From: Porphyridium purpureum
Taxonomy: Eukaryota
Length of the DNA: 53,277 bases
Direction of reading: 5' to 3'
Assembly: GCA_008690995.1 (NCBI GenBank)
Contig: VRMN01000029.1
Location: 1 to 53,277, forward strand
Shown here piece by piece: positions 1 through 10,580 of this stretch (positions within the stretch are counted from its first letter, which is position 1; each line of letters opens with the position of its first letter). Below the pieces are notes generated by a model. That model made no database searches and was not told where the DNA came from. It was given only the letters and a program-made list of their open reading frames with translations. Position numbers and translations under genes: made by a program.

Positions 1-401
1 GGCCCTATACGTTGGATTTTCCACGCCCCGGGTTTCTGTCGTCTGTGTGTGTGGCTGTGTTCTGTGTGTTCTCTGTGTTGTGTGCGTCATGTTGCTGGAG
101 TGCGGTCATCGGTGAGATGTCGTGTCATCCAGTTCGAGCGCTTGTCATCACCACGTGTACAGATATTTAACGGGAGAACCGTATTGTAAAATGCTAAAAA
201 AGGGTTTAAACGAACGGGTCCATCGATAGGCTAGTTTGCAATAGGATCCCAAAATCGAGGGCCGAATCGCAGGGGTTGCAAGCACGTTGACTGTGACGGC
301 TTGTGTGCAAGAGCAATGTGGGATGCTGCGCGAAGCGCTTTGGTGGGAGGCGAGGCTGCGGGTGGAGGTCGCGAGGCAGCAGATATCGTTGCCAATTGAC
401 G

Positions 402-3293
402 ATGCGCAGCAAGAAGAAAAGCAGCGGGAGCGAGCGCGCCGCGCTTTTCGACGAGGACTCGTTGTCTAGCGAGGCCGAAAATGACGATGGCGCGCTTGAT
501 GTGGGTAAGGCCCTGCTGGCCGGCGCGGAACCTACGGAGCGGGATCAGGACCAGGCGGATACGCCGTCGGGCTTTTACATTGCACTTCCACTGCACGACG
601 GGCCTGGGCCCGCGTCGCTTCGTCACGCGTCGTACACGGTGCAAGGCATGACTTGCCCTTATGCGTGGGTAACATCGAGCGCGCTGCTGGCGGCATCGAG
701 GCGTGCTGCGACCCGTGTTTCTCGTCAGCAATCACGCCGAGGTGGACTTTGATGATAATTCACACCACCGTCGAGACGTGCGCGACGCAATTGTCGGCGC
801 AGGCTACCACGTTTCAGGATGCGGAAACAGATCCAGCCGAACATCTCAGCAAGGTGATGATTTCGGTGACCGGACTGCACTGCGCATCGTGCGTCCGCAA
901 GGTGGAGCAGGCCCTTCTGGGCGTAGATGGCGTCAGCGCGGCGTCGCTGAGTCTCGTGAGCGGGAGAGCACAAGTGCAGTTCGACCCTGATCGAACAGGA
1001 CTGCGAGACCTTGTGCGCGCGGTCCAGACGATGGGCTTTGGTGCGACACTGTGTGATGAAGAAATGGATCGAAGCTCGCTCGTGCGCACCGCGGAGATTG
1101 AGCGATACCGCAATCGCTTTCTGGTTGCGTTCCTCTTTGCCGTACCGGCATTCGTTTTCGGAATGCTTCTGGATTGGATTCCTTCCACCGCACAGTGGAT
1201 TAACCAAGACGTAGCCCCGGGTCTGTCTTTAAAGGCCATCGTGTTGTTGCCGTTGGCGACTGTGGTACAGTGTTGGCTTGGCTTGCCTTTCTACGAGCGC
1301 GCCTTCATTGCGCTGCAACACGGATCCCCCACCATGGATGTGCTCGTCGCGTTGGGAACTTCGGTGGCCTACCTTTTCTCAGTCGGTGCCGTGATCGACC
1401 GGCTGATTGAGCCGTCTTTCAAGCCGGAGCTGTACTTCGATACGTCGATCCTCCTTATCACTTTTATTCTGCTTGGCCGATTCCTCGAGAGTCTTGCTAA
1501 GGCCAGCACTTCGCAGGCTATCACCAATTTGCTCGACCTGCAGGCAAATTCGGCGACCCTTCTGCGATCCGTGGGCGAGCGCGATCAGACTTCAGACGAA
1601 CAGGCAGCGGGTGATGGCGTTCCGGAGCGGAGTGACTGCCCACTGTACGATGAAGAAGAAATTGACGTGCGCCTAGTGCAGTGTGGCGATTTGCTGAAAG
1701 TTGTGCCCGGCGGTCGAATTCCCGCTGACGGCATAATTACGGAAGGCCGCACTTCGGTGGATGAGGGCATGCTCACGGGAGAATCAGTGCCCGTCTGCAA
1801 GCAGGTAGGTGATGAGGTGATCGGCGGCACGGTCAATCAGGAGGGGATGCTGCACGTGCGTGTTTTGCGCACTGGCGCCCGCAGCACATTGGCGCAAATT
1901 GCTCAGCTCATGGAGCAAGCACAGGCATCCAAACCTTCCATCCAAGAATTTGCCGACCGTGTTTCAGCGGTGTTCGTGCCGGTTGTTCTTCTTGTCTCTG
2001 CGCTGACCTTTGCGGTGTGGTTGCTACTTGCATTTACTGTCTTGCCCGAGGAATGGATACCACCTGGGCAGAATCGTGTACTTTTTGCTTTCATCTTTGC
2101 AGTCACGGTGCTCGTGATTGCGTGCCCCTGTGCCCTTGGCCTGGCGACGCCAACCGCAGTGCTCGTAGGCACTGGCATCGGTGCACAACATGGAATTCTG
2201 ATCAAGGGCGGTCGCGTTTTACAGAGTGTGCATGCTGTTTCGGTGGTCGTGTTTGACAAGACGGGCACTCTCACACATGGCAATCCTCGGCTGACTGACG
2301 TCATCTTTTTAGGAAGCGGCATCGATGCCCAGACGCCCTTGGAGCTAGACGAGCATGACTCTCCTGGCGCAGAGCGCGATCGCGAGCGCGAGGCGCTCAG
2401 GCTGATCGCGTCCGCCGAGTGTGGCAGTGAGCATCCTCTGGGGCGCGCGGTCGTGGCGCATGCTCGAGAGGTACTTGGGCTGCAGCTTTCCTCGCCATCA
2501 GAGGTTGAGGCGCTTCCTGGCCTTGGACTTCGCTGCATGGTAGATGGACACGCTGTGATGGTGGGAAATCGCCGACTGGTGCAATGTGAACAAAAAAGGG
2601 ACTCAGTGCGCGTGCAGACGACGGTGTGCTTTGAGGATGACAGCAAGACTGTCATGATTGGCGCCGTAGATGGACGAGTGGTGGCCTTGTCGCCGTGGCA
2701 GACACGCTTCGAGGCGAGTCTGCAGCAGTGGTTCAGCACCTGACCAAGATTGGTACAGAAGTGTGGATGATCACTGGAATAACACCCGCACGGCTCTCGC
2801 CATTGCTCGTCAGGCCGGCATTGGCAACGTGATGGCTGAAATACAGCCTGAAGAAAAAGCGAATGCAATTCGGCGATTCCAGGCCGACGGTAGGGCAGTC
2901 GCGATGGTTGGTGATGGCATCAACGACGTCGTGGCTTTGGCCGCTTCGGATGTTGGCATGGCCATCGGGGCTGGAAGCGAGGTGGCACTGGAGGCGGCTG
3001 ATGTGGTGTTGATGCGTAGTGACCTTCGCGATGTGATCACATGCATCGACCTCGGTCGCACTGTGTACCGCCGCATCAAGATCAACTTATTTTGTGCGTT
3101 TTTGTACAACACCGCCGCCATCCCTCTCGCTGCAGGATTGATTTTCCCCTTGATGAAGGAGCAAATTTCACCGGTGGTGGGAGCCCTTGCGATGGCATCG
3201 TCGTCCGTTTCAGTGATATTGAGCTCGCTCATGCTACGTGTATACAGGCAGCCGGAGGTAATCGTCGAAGCAAGCATGACCAGTAGTACTTGA
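402..3293 (+). CDS. P1B-type heavy-metal (Cu+) transporting ATPase (ATP7/HMA5/CopA-like), split by frameshifts near 660 and 2690-2780
   Basis: Metal-binding motifs GMTC(PLC) and GLHCASC, TGE, CPCALGLA, DKTGT, SEHP, GDGIND, YN and MASSS lie in order across ORFs 303..752, 653..2743 and 2670..3293. ATG at 402 is inferred as the start. Confidence 0.9.
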
Positions 3294-3371
3294 CGTATTT
3301 TATTTTCCTTTGTTCTGACTGCCGTGCGATGTGGGCCAAAGGAAACCCTGCAGTCAGACGTCAAACATTTG

Positions 3372-3627
3372 TGTCGCTAGAAGCGGTGGTACCTTGTGAG
3401 AGAATGAGAGTTTGGCTCGGGCTTTGGGCGGCTGTCGCTCTTTCGTATCTAGGCGGCCCTCCGACGGATAAGATGAACCTTCACTGGTATCAAATAAACT
3501 CTAAACTATATTCTCTACCGAGTCGCGTTCTCTCCTGTGCTGCACCGGCGCTTGGACAGCCGGTCTTTTATACCAGGTGCCTGGGTTTCTCGCTGTAGTA
3601 CAGCTGTGAGTAGATAACACAGCGACA
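3372..3627 (-). repeat. 3' LTR of the copia element
   Basis: Direct repeat of 8393-8648 with TG...CA ends and a TATAAAA box on the minus strand. Confidence 0.97.
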
Positions 3628-3640
3628 CTCCACCTTTTCT
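3628..3640 (-). other. Polypurine tract
   Basis: Minus strand reads AGAAAAGGTGGAG immediately before the 3' LTR. Confidence 0.8.
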
Positions 3641-3750
3641 TTTGTTGCCTGGATGCGTCCTCACTAGTTCCTTGTTGCTCCTCGTTCTCAGTGCGTGTTA
3701 AAGATGGAATGGCTTGTTCTGCGGTGGACATGATTGCATTGACAAATGCA

Positions 3751-6700
3751 TTACCACATCAGACACACTTGCGTAGCAGCATGTTTCTCAAGCTGGCCGT
3801 TGGTGAGAACTCTGTCCCAGAGAGGACACGCTCGCGGCTTGGTTAATGCATCGGCGATGTTCGACTTGCCGGGAACGTGCAATATTTGGCGAATTCGAAG
3901 CGTTGACAGTCCTTCGCGCAACAGCATCATGCGCACCATGAGGCGCTTCTCCGCGAGAATAGTGCTACGCGACGCCGCGTCAAATATTTGCTTGCTGTCG
4001 GTGGCGAGTTCGATGGGAGCATCCATGCCCGTGCGCATGAGCTCGACTTGGAGTGCTTCGGCCATATCATAGGCCAAACATAGCGCAAGGAGTTCGGCAG
4101 ACAAGACAGAGTGGCAAACTTGACGGGCTTTGTGCGACGCGTAGTGTAAAAGATGCACTCTTGAACTCTGATCTCCGAGAAAGATCACGTATCCCAGTTG
4201 GGAAGAACCATCGTCGTTGCTTGCATACGACGCATCAGCAAAGACACGGAGACGCAAAGGGCCTGTCAGTGGTGCGTATACAATGGCGCGCGGAGTTGAG
4301 CGCACCATGGCGGCCAGGTCGAGAAGGTGGGCACCGTGTATGCGAGTGTACGTCTGCTCGGTAATCTGGGAGCTTTTTGCGACGGCACATGCGATGTCTG
4401 GCCGAGTGCCAAAGGCAATGTACATGAGCTTGCCCCGCAAGCGACGAAATTCTTCAAAGCTGGACACGGCAGTGGCGGTCAGTTCTCGCTGGGCGTATTC
4501 TTGGTGCGTGGTTGCCACGGCACCTTCGACAGAGCTGATTTCAAAGCCATTAAACGTAAACGGGATGGCGCGGAGCCCCTTGTTGTCCAGACGACTCGAA
4601 ACACGTTGCTCTGCAGCCAAGAATGGTGGTGTTCCGGTGAACAAGCAGTCATCAACGAGGATCCCAAGCATGCCACGATGGCTCGGATTGTTTGAGTAGT
4701 AAACACACGGGTCGAGAGCGGCGCGAATAAAACCTTTGTCAAGCAGCTCGGAGTGCACGGTCGCGTGCCAGTAAGTCCCACTGTCGGCAAGTCCGTACAA
4801 TGGCTTACGGATGCGCGCGTGGGCAGGCCACGCGGGTGACTTGTTCACGATGGACGTTGCATTGCTTGGATCGACGCGTGCTAACAGGACGCGAATTTCC
4901 GGTTTCAGTTTGAGAAATACTTGTCGGGCCAGGGGCCAGCGCGATTGCAGATATGCTTGCGTGTAGTCGCGGTACGTAAGCGACCAACGGTTGACGACCG
5001 AAGTAGAAATCAATGAACGTAGCATAAAGCGCGTCAGGGTTGGAGCATTGACCGCCGTTATATGTGACTCACTGTCCCGATGGCCTTGCGCAATAAATCT
5101 GCTTTTGCGTTGACCATTGGATTTGACGACTCGCTCCATTCTTGATCCAATAACGTTGGCCATTGCTGGAAGGTCTGGACATGGTTCGAGGACTTGACGG
5201 TTGATGATGCCATTTAGCTCAAGTAAATCAGCGTCATCCCAGCTGGCGTTGCTGGTGGCACTGGCTTGAGGGAATGTTTTGTAAAGATCTTGAACGCTTG
5301 CAGGTGTGTCAACAAACAAAGTGGCGGGTGTCTCGAGCCGGTATACCTTCACATTGTTGATGTGGAATTCTTGTTGGCGGGCGCGCGCGGCGCTTACTGT
5401 TGACGGTAATACGACGGTTACCCTTGGTGCGTCGACCTTCAACGCGATGTAAGGCCCTTGCCATTCGTATGCACTCTCGCGGCGAACCAAGACGGCTGTT
5501 CCCGGTGTAATTTCATGGCCCGGCGCGGCATTTGGATAACTCGGTGCCCTTGAACGTCGTGCTTGAGCAAGCTTGCGCGCGGATATCCACTTCTCGAACT
5601 CATTGCGCGCAGCAAAGATGGCTGCGATTCGTCCGGCTTGTGTCTCCATATGATCGTGTTGCGCCACCTCCGGACGTAGTTGCATACGTGGCACGGTGCC
5701 AAAAACCAAAAGGGCCGGAATAATGCCTTCCGGACCACACGTAACATTGAGTGCCCGCACCGTAATGGCCAATTGATCATGGGCCGTAAGGTCGGGAGCC
5801 TCACGCGCGACACGGAGGAATACCTTTCTCAGTGGCTCGTGGTATCTTTCAACCTGGCCTAAGGACCAGTGAGCCTCAACAGGTATATCGACCAGCGCGC
5901 AGCATTCCGCTTCCAGAAGCACGCGCAAATCATGCGACACGGTGACGCGTTCCTTGTCCACGACAACGCGGTGCGGAGCCCCAAAGATGGCAATCCAATT
6001 GTTAAAGAAAATGCGATAAACACCGGTGGCGGTGGCATCTTCCCCGCAGAACATTGCCATTTGGAATTTTGTTCCATTGCACACCGCGTGAAGAGTCTTG
6101 TGTGTTTCAAGGAACACGAAGTCCATGGATACGGTGTGGTTGAACGAAACTTCTACATCCGCGGCAATTTTGAATGTTGAGCGGTTGCCACGGTACCACT
6201 GGCAAGTGGAGCACTGAGCGATGCGCTCCTCGAGTTCACGCCGCTGGACGGCGTCGAGTGGCTCGCCGGCGAGGCGCAGAAGCTTGAGCATCTGCGGTGC
6301 ACTGGCGTGACCGAATCGCTTGTGCATGGTGTCAAGTTCTTTCTGGGTGTACAGTAGGGTAGCCAATAAACGTGGCTGTCCTGACCCAAGCAAGAGATGA
6401 TTGTTTCGCGACCACTGCAACTTTTCGACTGCTCCGGAGGCAGTTGTCAGCGTTGGGTGACGACCGTACTGGACTTGAAGTTGCTGTGCGAGGACGACGT
6501 CGGTTCCGAGGATGATTGGCAACGGCGCGGCGACCACTGCGACGGTGAATTGCAGGAAATGGTCGGAACCGAGCGCAACACGAACGGTACCGTCTCCCAG
6601 AACAGGATACGAGGTGCCCCAAACGATTGGCTCAGAATGGTGCGCAGGTGCCAAGTCGACGGATTCTCCACGGGCTTGTCTATATGCGCAGTAGGCGCGG

Positions 6701-6810
6701 AGACCAGCGCATGAACGTGGTGCACCGCTATCGACCAGCACACAGTCCGTGCGTGCGACATCGGGCAGTGCATTTGTAACCGTGTAAATGGCGGCACTGC
6801 CCTGACACCG
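3751..6810 (-). CDS. pol: Copia pol polyprotein (aspartic protease, integrase, reverse transcriptase, RNase H), in frame with gag
   Basis: LVDSGA protease; HKRFGH..CSTC zinc finger and D..D..E integrase; KPLYGL and LVDD reverse transcriptase; FADASYA, AELLAL, TDSK and NIADALTK RNase H. The frame is open from 6810 and has no ATG before the protease. Confidence 0.95.
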   Translation of the reverse strand, partial: RCQGSAAIYTVTNALPDVARTDCVLVDSGAPRSCAGLRAYCAYRQARGESVDLAPAHHSEPIVWGTSYPVLGDGTVRVALGSDHFLQFTVAVVAAPLPIILGTDVVLAQQLQVQYGRHPTLTTASGAVEKLQWSRNNHLLLGSGQPRLLATLLYTQKELDTMHKRFGHASAPQMLKLLRLAGEPLDAVQRRELEERIAQCSTCQWYRGNRSTFKIAADVEVSFNHTVSMDFVFLETHKTLHAVCNGTKFQMAMFCGEDATATGVYRIFFNNWIAIFGAPHRVVVDKERVTVSHDLRVLLEAECCALVDIPVEAHWSLGQVERYHEPLRKVFLRVAREAPDLTAHDQLAITVRALNVTCGPEGIIPALLVFGTVPRMQLRPEVAQHDHMETQAGRIAAIFAARNEFEKWISARKLAQARRSRAPSYPNAAPGHEITPGTAVLVRRESAYEWQGPYIALKVDAPRVTVVLPSTVSAARARQQEFHINNVKVYRLETPATLFVDTPASVQDLYKTFPQASATSNASWDDADLLELNGIINRQVLEPCPDLPAMANVIGSRMERVVKSNGQRKSRFIAQGHRDSESHITAVNAPTLTRFMLRSLISTSVVNRWSLTYRDYTQAYLQSRWPLARQVFLKLKPEIRVLLARVDPSNATSIVNKSPAWPAHARIRKPLYGLADSGTYWHATVHSELLDKGFIRAALDPCVYYSNNPSHRGMLGILVDDCLFTGTPPFLAAEQRVSSRLDNKGLRAIPFTFNGFEISSVEGAVATTHQEYAQRELTATAVSSFEEFRRLRGKLMYIAFGTRPDIACAVAKSSQITEQTYTRIHGAHLLDLAAMVRSTPRAIVYAPLTGPLRLRVFADASYASNDDGSSQLGYVIFLGDQSSRVHLLHYASHKARQVCHSVLSAELLALCLAYDMAEALQVELMRTGMDAPIELATDSKQIFDAASRSTILAEKRLMVRMMLLREGLSTLRIRQILHVPGKSNIADALTKPRACPLWDRVLTNGQLEKHAATQVCLMW

Positions 6811-8319
6811 TCAGGCCATGTGAATACTTGGCGTGTCGGCTTCGTTCGCATCATCGTCGCAACCATCAATGCCTTGCTGGGCACTGCGTGTAATCGGCAG
6901 CTCGCTTTGAGCCTGCGTGATAGCATCATCATATTCATAGTCCGTGAGTCCAATGATGGTACGTGCTTCGTTTGCCGGCATGCTCCTGCGCCAGCAAGTG
7001 TCGAGAGTGTGACCCATCCGGCCACAGTGTTGGCATTGTACGCGTCGATCGGAAGCCTCTCCTGCACGATTGTTCGGATTTTCGGGAAAACGAACGGTGC
7101 TAACCGCGCGGCTCCGAGCGGCGCTAGGGTCGTTGGGGCGGTTGGCAGGTCCTTCCATACGGCGAGGCGGAGCTCCGTAGAACAGTGCACTGGAGCCGCT
7201 ATTGTTGGGCTGCGAAGAATCCTTTGCACCCAGAAATACTCGCATCTGGGAAGTGAACTCTGGTCCGGACCTGTCAGCGGAGGCAAGGGCGATTTCGGCA
7301 CCGTACGTGCTGCGTAGCATTGCTTGGAGCACGTATTCGTCAACGGTCTCCGCAGATGGACCTGCTCGTGGAACGCGGTTGCGAATATCGTTCACCATTT
7401 TGTCGAACGCTCCGACCCTGGTATCCCCTGGAATTTCACCGAACTTGAGCGCTCCTAGCGTGCGCCTATGTGCGCGCTGCTGGCCAGAACTGCTCAGCTT
7501 ACTTTCCAGCTGATCAAGCGCGGCGGCAAGTCGCTGCGGTCGGAGATCATCTACAGCGTCGCGTGCCACGCCTATGCTGATCAACGGGAGTGTGCGAAAT
7601 GTGGCGCTGTCACTCAATCCGAAGATCCTTGCATTGGTTTCGACTTGTCGACGCCACAAGGTGAAAGCTGGGCCTGTGTCCGCTCCACCTGTCAGATGAT
7701 GCGATTCTGAGAACGCGCGCAGGAATCGGTCTCGCGCGCGGTTCTCTTGTTCTTCATGGGACGCTTGAAAAGGCGCAGTCACTTGCGGCGGTGGTGTCGG
7801 TGCGCGGCGCACTTGCTCGTCCACTGGTGCGAAGCGCGCGATATTAGCCGCTAAGGTGAGTTCCTCATCGAAGATTCCACGCCAGGTGGCATATCGGAAA
7901 ACCATTAACGTTACCAATGGGCCTGCATCACGGATGGAGTTTTCAGTCATCACGCCATTGATGAAGAGATATGCAAACTCATCTTGCGTCATCTTGTCGG
8001 ACTCTCGCAGAAGTGCATCCCACTCTGGGTTTCCAGTTGTAATTAGCACCCATGGGCGCGCCTCCAACTGTTCACGTTGCCTGTCGGTGAACCTGAAACC
8101 TGCAGGACGGCTTGCGGTTGGCGAGATGGCGGCTTCGCTGCCGCTTGCCATTGCTGCTGACGTTGGCTCGGCGGCTCCGATGTTGCGAGAAGCCGGCGTT
8201 TCTTCGGTGTGGCTGGGATCGGTGTGTTCCACGCGCGACTCCCCGGCGTGCGTCACAGGGGAAGTTTCCCCCGCGGGCGGCGCCGAGCGCAAGGATGACC
8301 TTCGATCCCCTTTTGCCAT
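6811..8319 (-). CDS. gag: Copia gag with CCHC zinc knuckle
   Basis: 502-aa ORF just inside the 5' LTR containing the CQHCGRMGHTLDTC (CX2CX4HX4C) motif. Confidence 0.9.
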   Translation of the reverse strand: MAKGDRRSSLRSAPPAGETSPVTHAGESRVEHTDPSHTEETPASRNIGAAEPTSAAMASGSEAAISPTASRPAGFRFTDRQREQLEARPWVLITTGNPEWDALLRESDKMTQDEFAYLFINGVMTENSIRDAGPLVTLMVFRYATWRGIFDEELTLAANIARFAPVDEQVRRAPTPPPQVTAPFQASHEEQENRARDRFLRAFSESHHLTGGADTGPAFTLWRRQVETNARIFGLSDSATFRTLPLISIGVARDAVDDLRPQRLAAALDQLESKLSSSGQQRAHRRTLGALKFGEIPGDTRVGAFDKMVNDIRNRVPRAGPSAETVDEYVLQAMLRSTYGAEIALASADRSGPEFTSQMRVFLGAKDSSQPNNSGSSALFYGAPPRRMEGPANRPNDPSAARSRAVSTVRFPENPNNRAGEASDRRVQCQHCGRMGHTLDTCWRRSMPANEARTIIGLTDYEYDDAITQAQSELPITRSAQQGIDGCDDDANEADTPSIHMA

Positions 8320-8392
8320 GTTATCACCTTCTTGTTAAACTTTTTCCCGGCGCTGTCAGTTCGCCGGTATCCCTTTTTAGCGGATTAGCTAA

Positions 8393-8648
8393 TGTCGCTA
8401 GAAGCGGTGGTACCTTGTGAGAGAATGAGAGTTTGGCTCGGGCTTTGGGCGGCTGTCGCTCTTTCGTATCTAGGCGGCCCTCCGACGGATAAGATGAACC
8501 TTCACTGGTATCAAATAAACTCTAAACTATATTCTCTACCGAGTCGCGTTCTCTCCTGTGCTGCACCGGCGCTTGGACAGCCGGTCTTTTATACCAGGTG
8601 CCTGGGTTTCTCGCTGTAGTACAGCTGTGAGTAGATAACACAGCGACA
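8393..8648 (-). repeat. 5' LTR of the copia element
   Basis: Direct repeat of 3372-3627, followed by the TSD ATTTG. Confidence 0.97.
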
Positions 8649-8880
8649 ATTTGATTAGCGCTGGAATGATTACTGTTGTTCCACACCAAGTATGAATCGT
8701 AAAGTTTGGATGAATTCCCACGTGGCTGCTCATGAAAAGCGTTGTGAAGGTCCCACTCCATTTCGCACGGACGAAGATTACTGGCGATAGAAAGAGTTCC
8801 GCGACCTCACGGTGGAAGGGGTCCGCGTGCGATTGCAACAATTTCGGTTTGTGAGGCGCGTCATTGGATGGCAGTAGTGC

Positions 8881-10580
8881 TTGAGACAGATCAAGCGAGA
8901 TGTAGAAGAATGTACAAACGAGCAGGCCGCTCCGGCGGGAAGCGCGCTTGCGAAATTGCGCTCGCCCTGGCACGTGTTTGTCGACTTCTGCAAGGGACAC
9001 CGCTTTGAGCTTTTCTGGTGCGCAGCACACGCACTCGTCATTGCGCTGATCTTCCTATACACCTGTTGGTACTACTACTCGTTATGTGAAGTGTACGGCC
9101 TGCGTGGTATTCGGATGGTGGGGCTTTGCGTGGCGTGCGCACCTGTCAGTGCTGTCATGTTTGCGTACTCAATCACGCTGCTTCCGATGTGCCGCAATGT
9201 CATTACCTTCTTGAGAAGCACCAAACTGCACCGATATGTACCTTTTGATCGCGCGTTCGTGTTTCACGTGCTGAAGGCAGTGACGGGTGAATTCTTCCCG
9301 GCGTTGCATATGGTTGGTCACTGCGCAGCGCAGTGGCGACCTCGTGAGCCACTTTCGCGCGGGAAACTGAAACTCGGATTTTGTGCCTTCATTTGCGCTC
9401 TGGATGTTTGAAACGATCACTGGCATGACGGGCGATTTGTTGGCTTTTGTGATCATCTAACTGGTGGTGTTTGCGGTACGACACATTCTCGCAGTCAGCT
9501 TCCAACTGTTTTGGGTGGTGCATTACGTGTGCTTTATGCTGCTTGATACGATGATCGTGATTTATGGCTCCGTTGCGCTCTAGCAGCGCCCATTTTTGCA
9601 CCACATTTTGCTCGGCTCGCTGCTCTTGTTTATGTTCGACAAGCTATTTTCATTCGCGCGTGCGTCCGAACGACTGCAAGTTGTTGAAAAGCGCTTGCTT
9701 CCCAAGGGCGTCACCGCGATGCACGCTCGCGTGTCACCAAGTGTTCCGCACAGCGCGGGCCAATGGGCCCGCTTGAAAGTTCCGGCGCTGTGCCCCTCAG
9801 AGAGCTCCATCCCTTGACGATTTCGTCAGCGCCGCATGACGCGTATCCGTCTTTCCGCATCCAGGCTTGTGGGCCGTGGAAGCGCGCGCTACGGGACATG
9901 ACGATCGAAATGCAGGGCAAACGAGCGCCGTCATTACGCACTGTCCGCATCGATGACCCGTGCGGGGAGGGTCACCAGGACTAGATGCTTTACGAAACTG
10001 TGCTGCTGGTGGGAGCTCGCATCGGCGGTACACCTTTCATGTCGGTCCTGAAGGATATCTTGCATTAAGTGCGCAGCAAGAAGTTCCGCACGACTAAAGT
10101 GGTCGCGGTGGTTAACTTGAAGGACCTTCGAGATCTGGCATTAATCACAAACGAATTGATTCGGCTCGAAAAGTACGCGCCAACTGGATTTCTCGAGCTC
10201 TTATACTTCCAGACGGGCCAAAGGGCGGAAAGAAAGTAGCGCACTCGATGCGCGCCACTTGGCGTTCGACCAGGCGTTTCCGAGACCCGTGGAGTACGTC
10301 TCGCAGATCATAACAGGCCGCCCGTCTCTTGTACGCGTGAAGGGATTCGTGTTTCAAGGTCGCCGAGAGTTTGACACGCTGTTGAAAGATGCTCAAGCCG
10401 ATTGCAAGGCCAACAGCCTTGTTATTGATGAAAGATATTCTGAACTCTAGATTGGCGTGTTTGCGTGCGCGCCGGCCCCGATTATTCTCGCCCTAAAGCA
10501 AGCCTGTGTCAAGTGTGACTGCGAGACAAGAGGAGACATTGCATGTAAATCAGCGGAACTGGGAAAGAAGGAGTTTGAGT
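8881..10580 (+). pseudogene. NADPH oxidase / respiratory burst oxidase (ferric-reductase family) pseudogene
   Basis: Fragments in several frames with stops: LPMCRN..VPFD..FH..H (heme His region), HPLTISSAP (HPFT-like FAD motif), DDPCGEG (DGPYG-like), IGGTPFMS (NADPH), TGRP and VFACAP. Boundaries are approximate. Confidence 0.8.

Larger units (their letters stand above)
3372..8648 (-). mobile_element. Full-length Ty1/copia LTR retrotransposon (possibly GalEa-like)
   Basis: Two 256-bp LTRs that appear identical by eye, with TGTCGCT...AGCGACA termini. 5-bp TSD ATTTG at 3367-3371 and 8649-8653. Domain order is gag-PR-IN-RT-RH. Confidence 0.97.

Noticed and set aside
650..2790. Programmed frameshifting in the Cu-ATPase (likewise BspA2, Sel1 and CRE ORFs)
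   Set aside because: There are no slippery heptamers, and the indels are scattered single bases, some compensating. Sequencing error or early decay is more likely; read data are needed.
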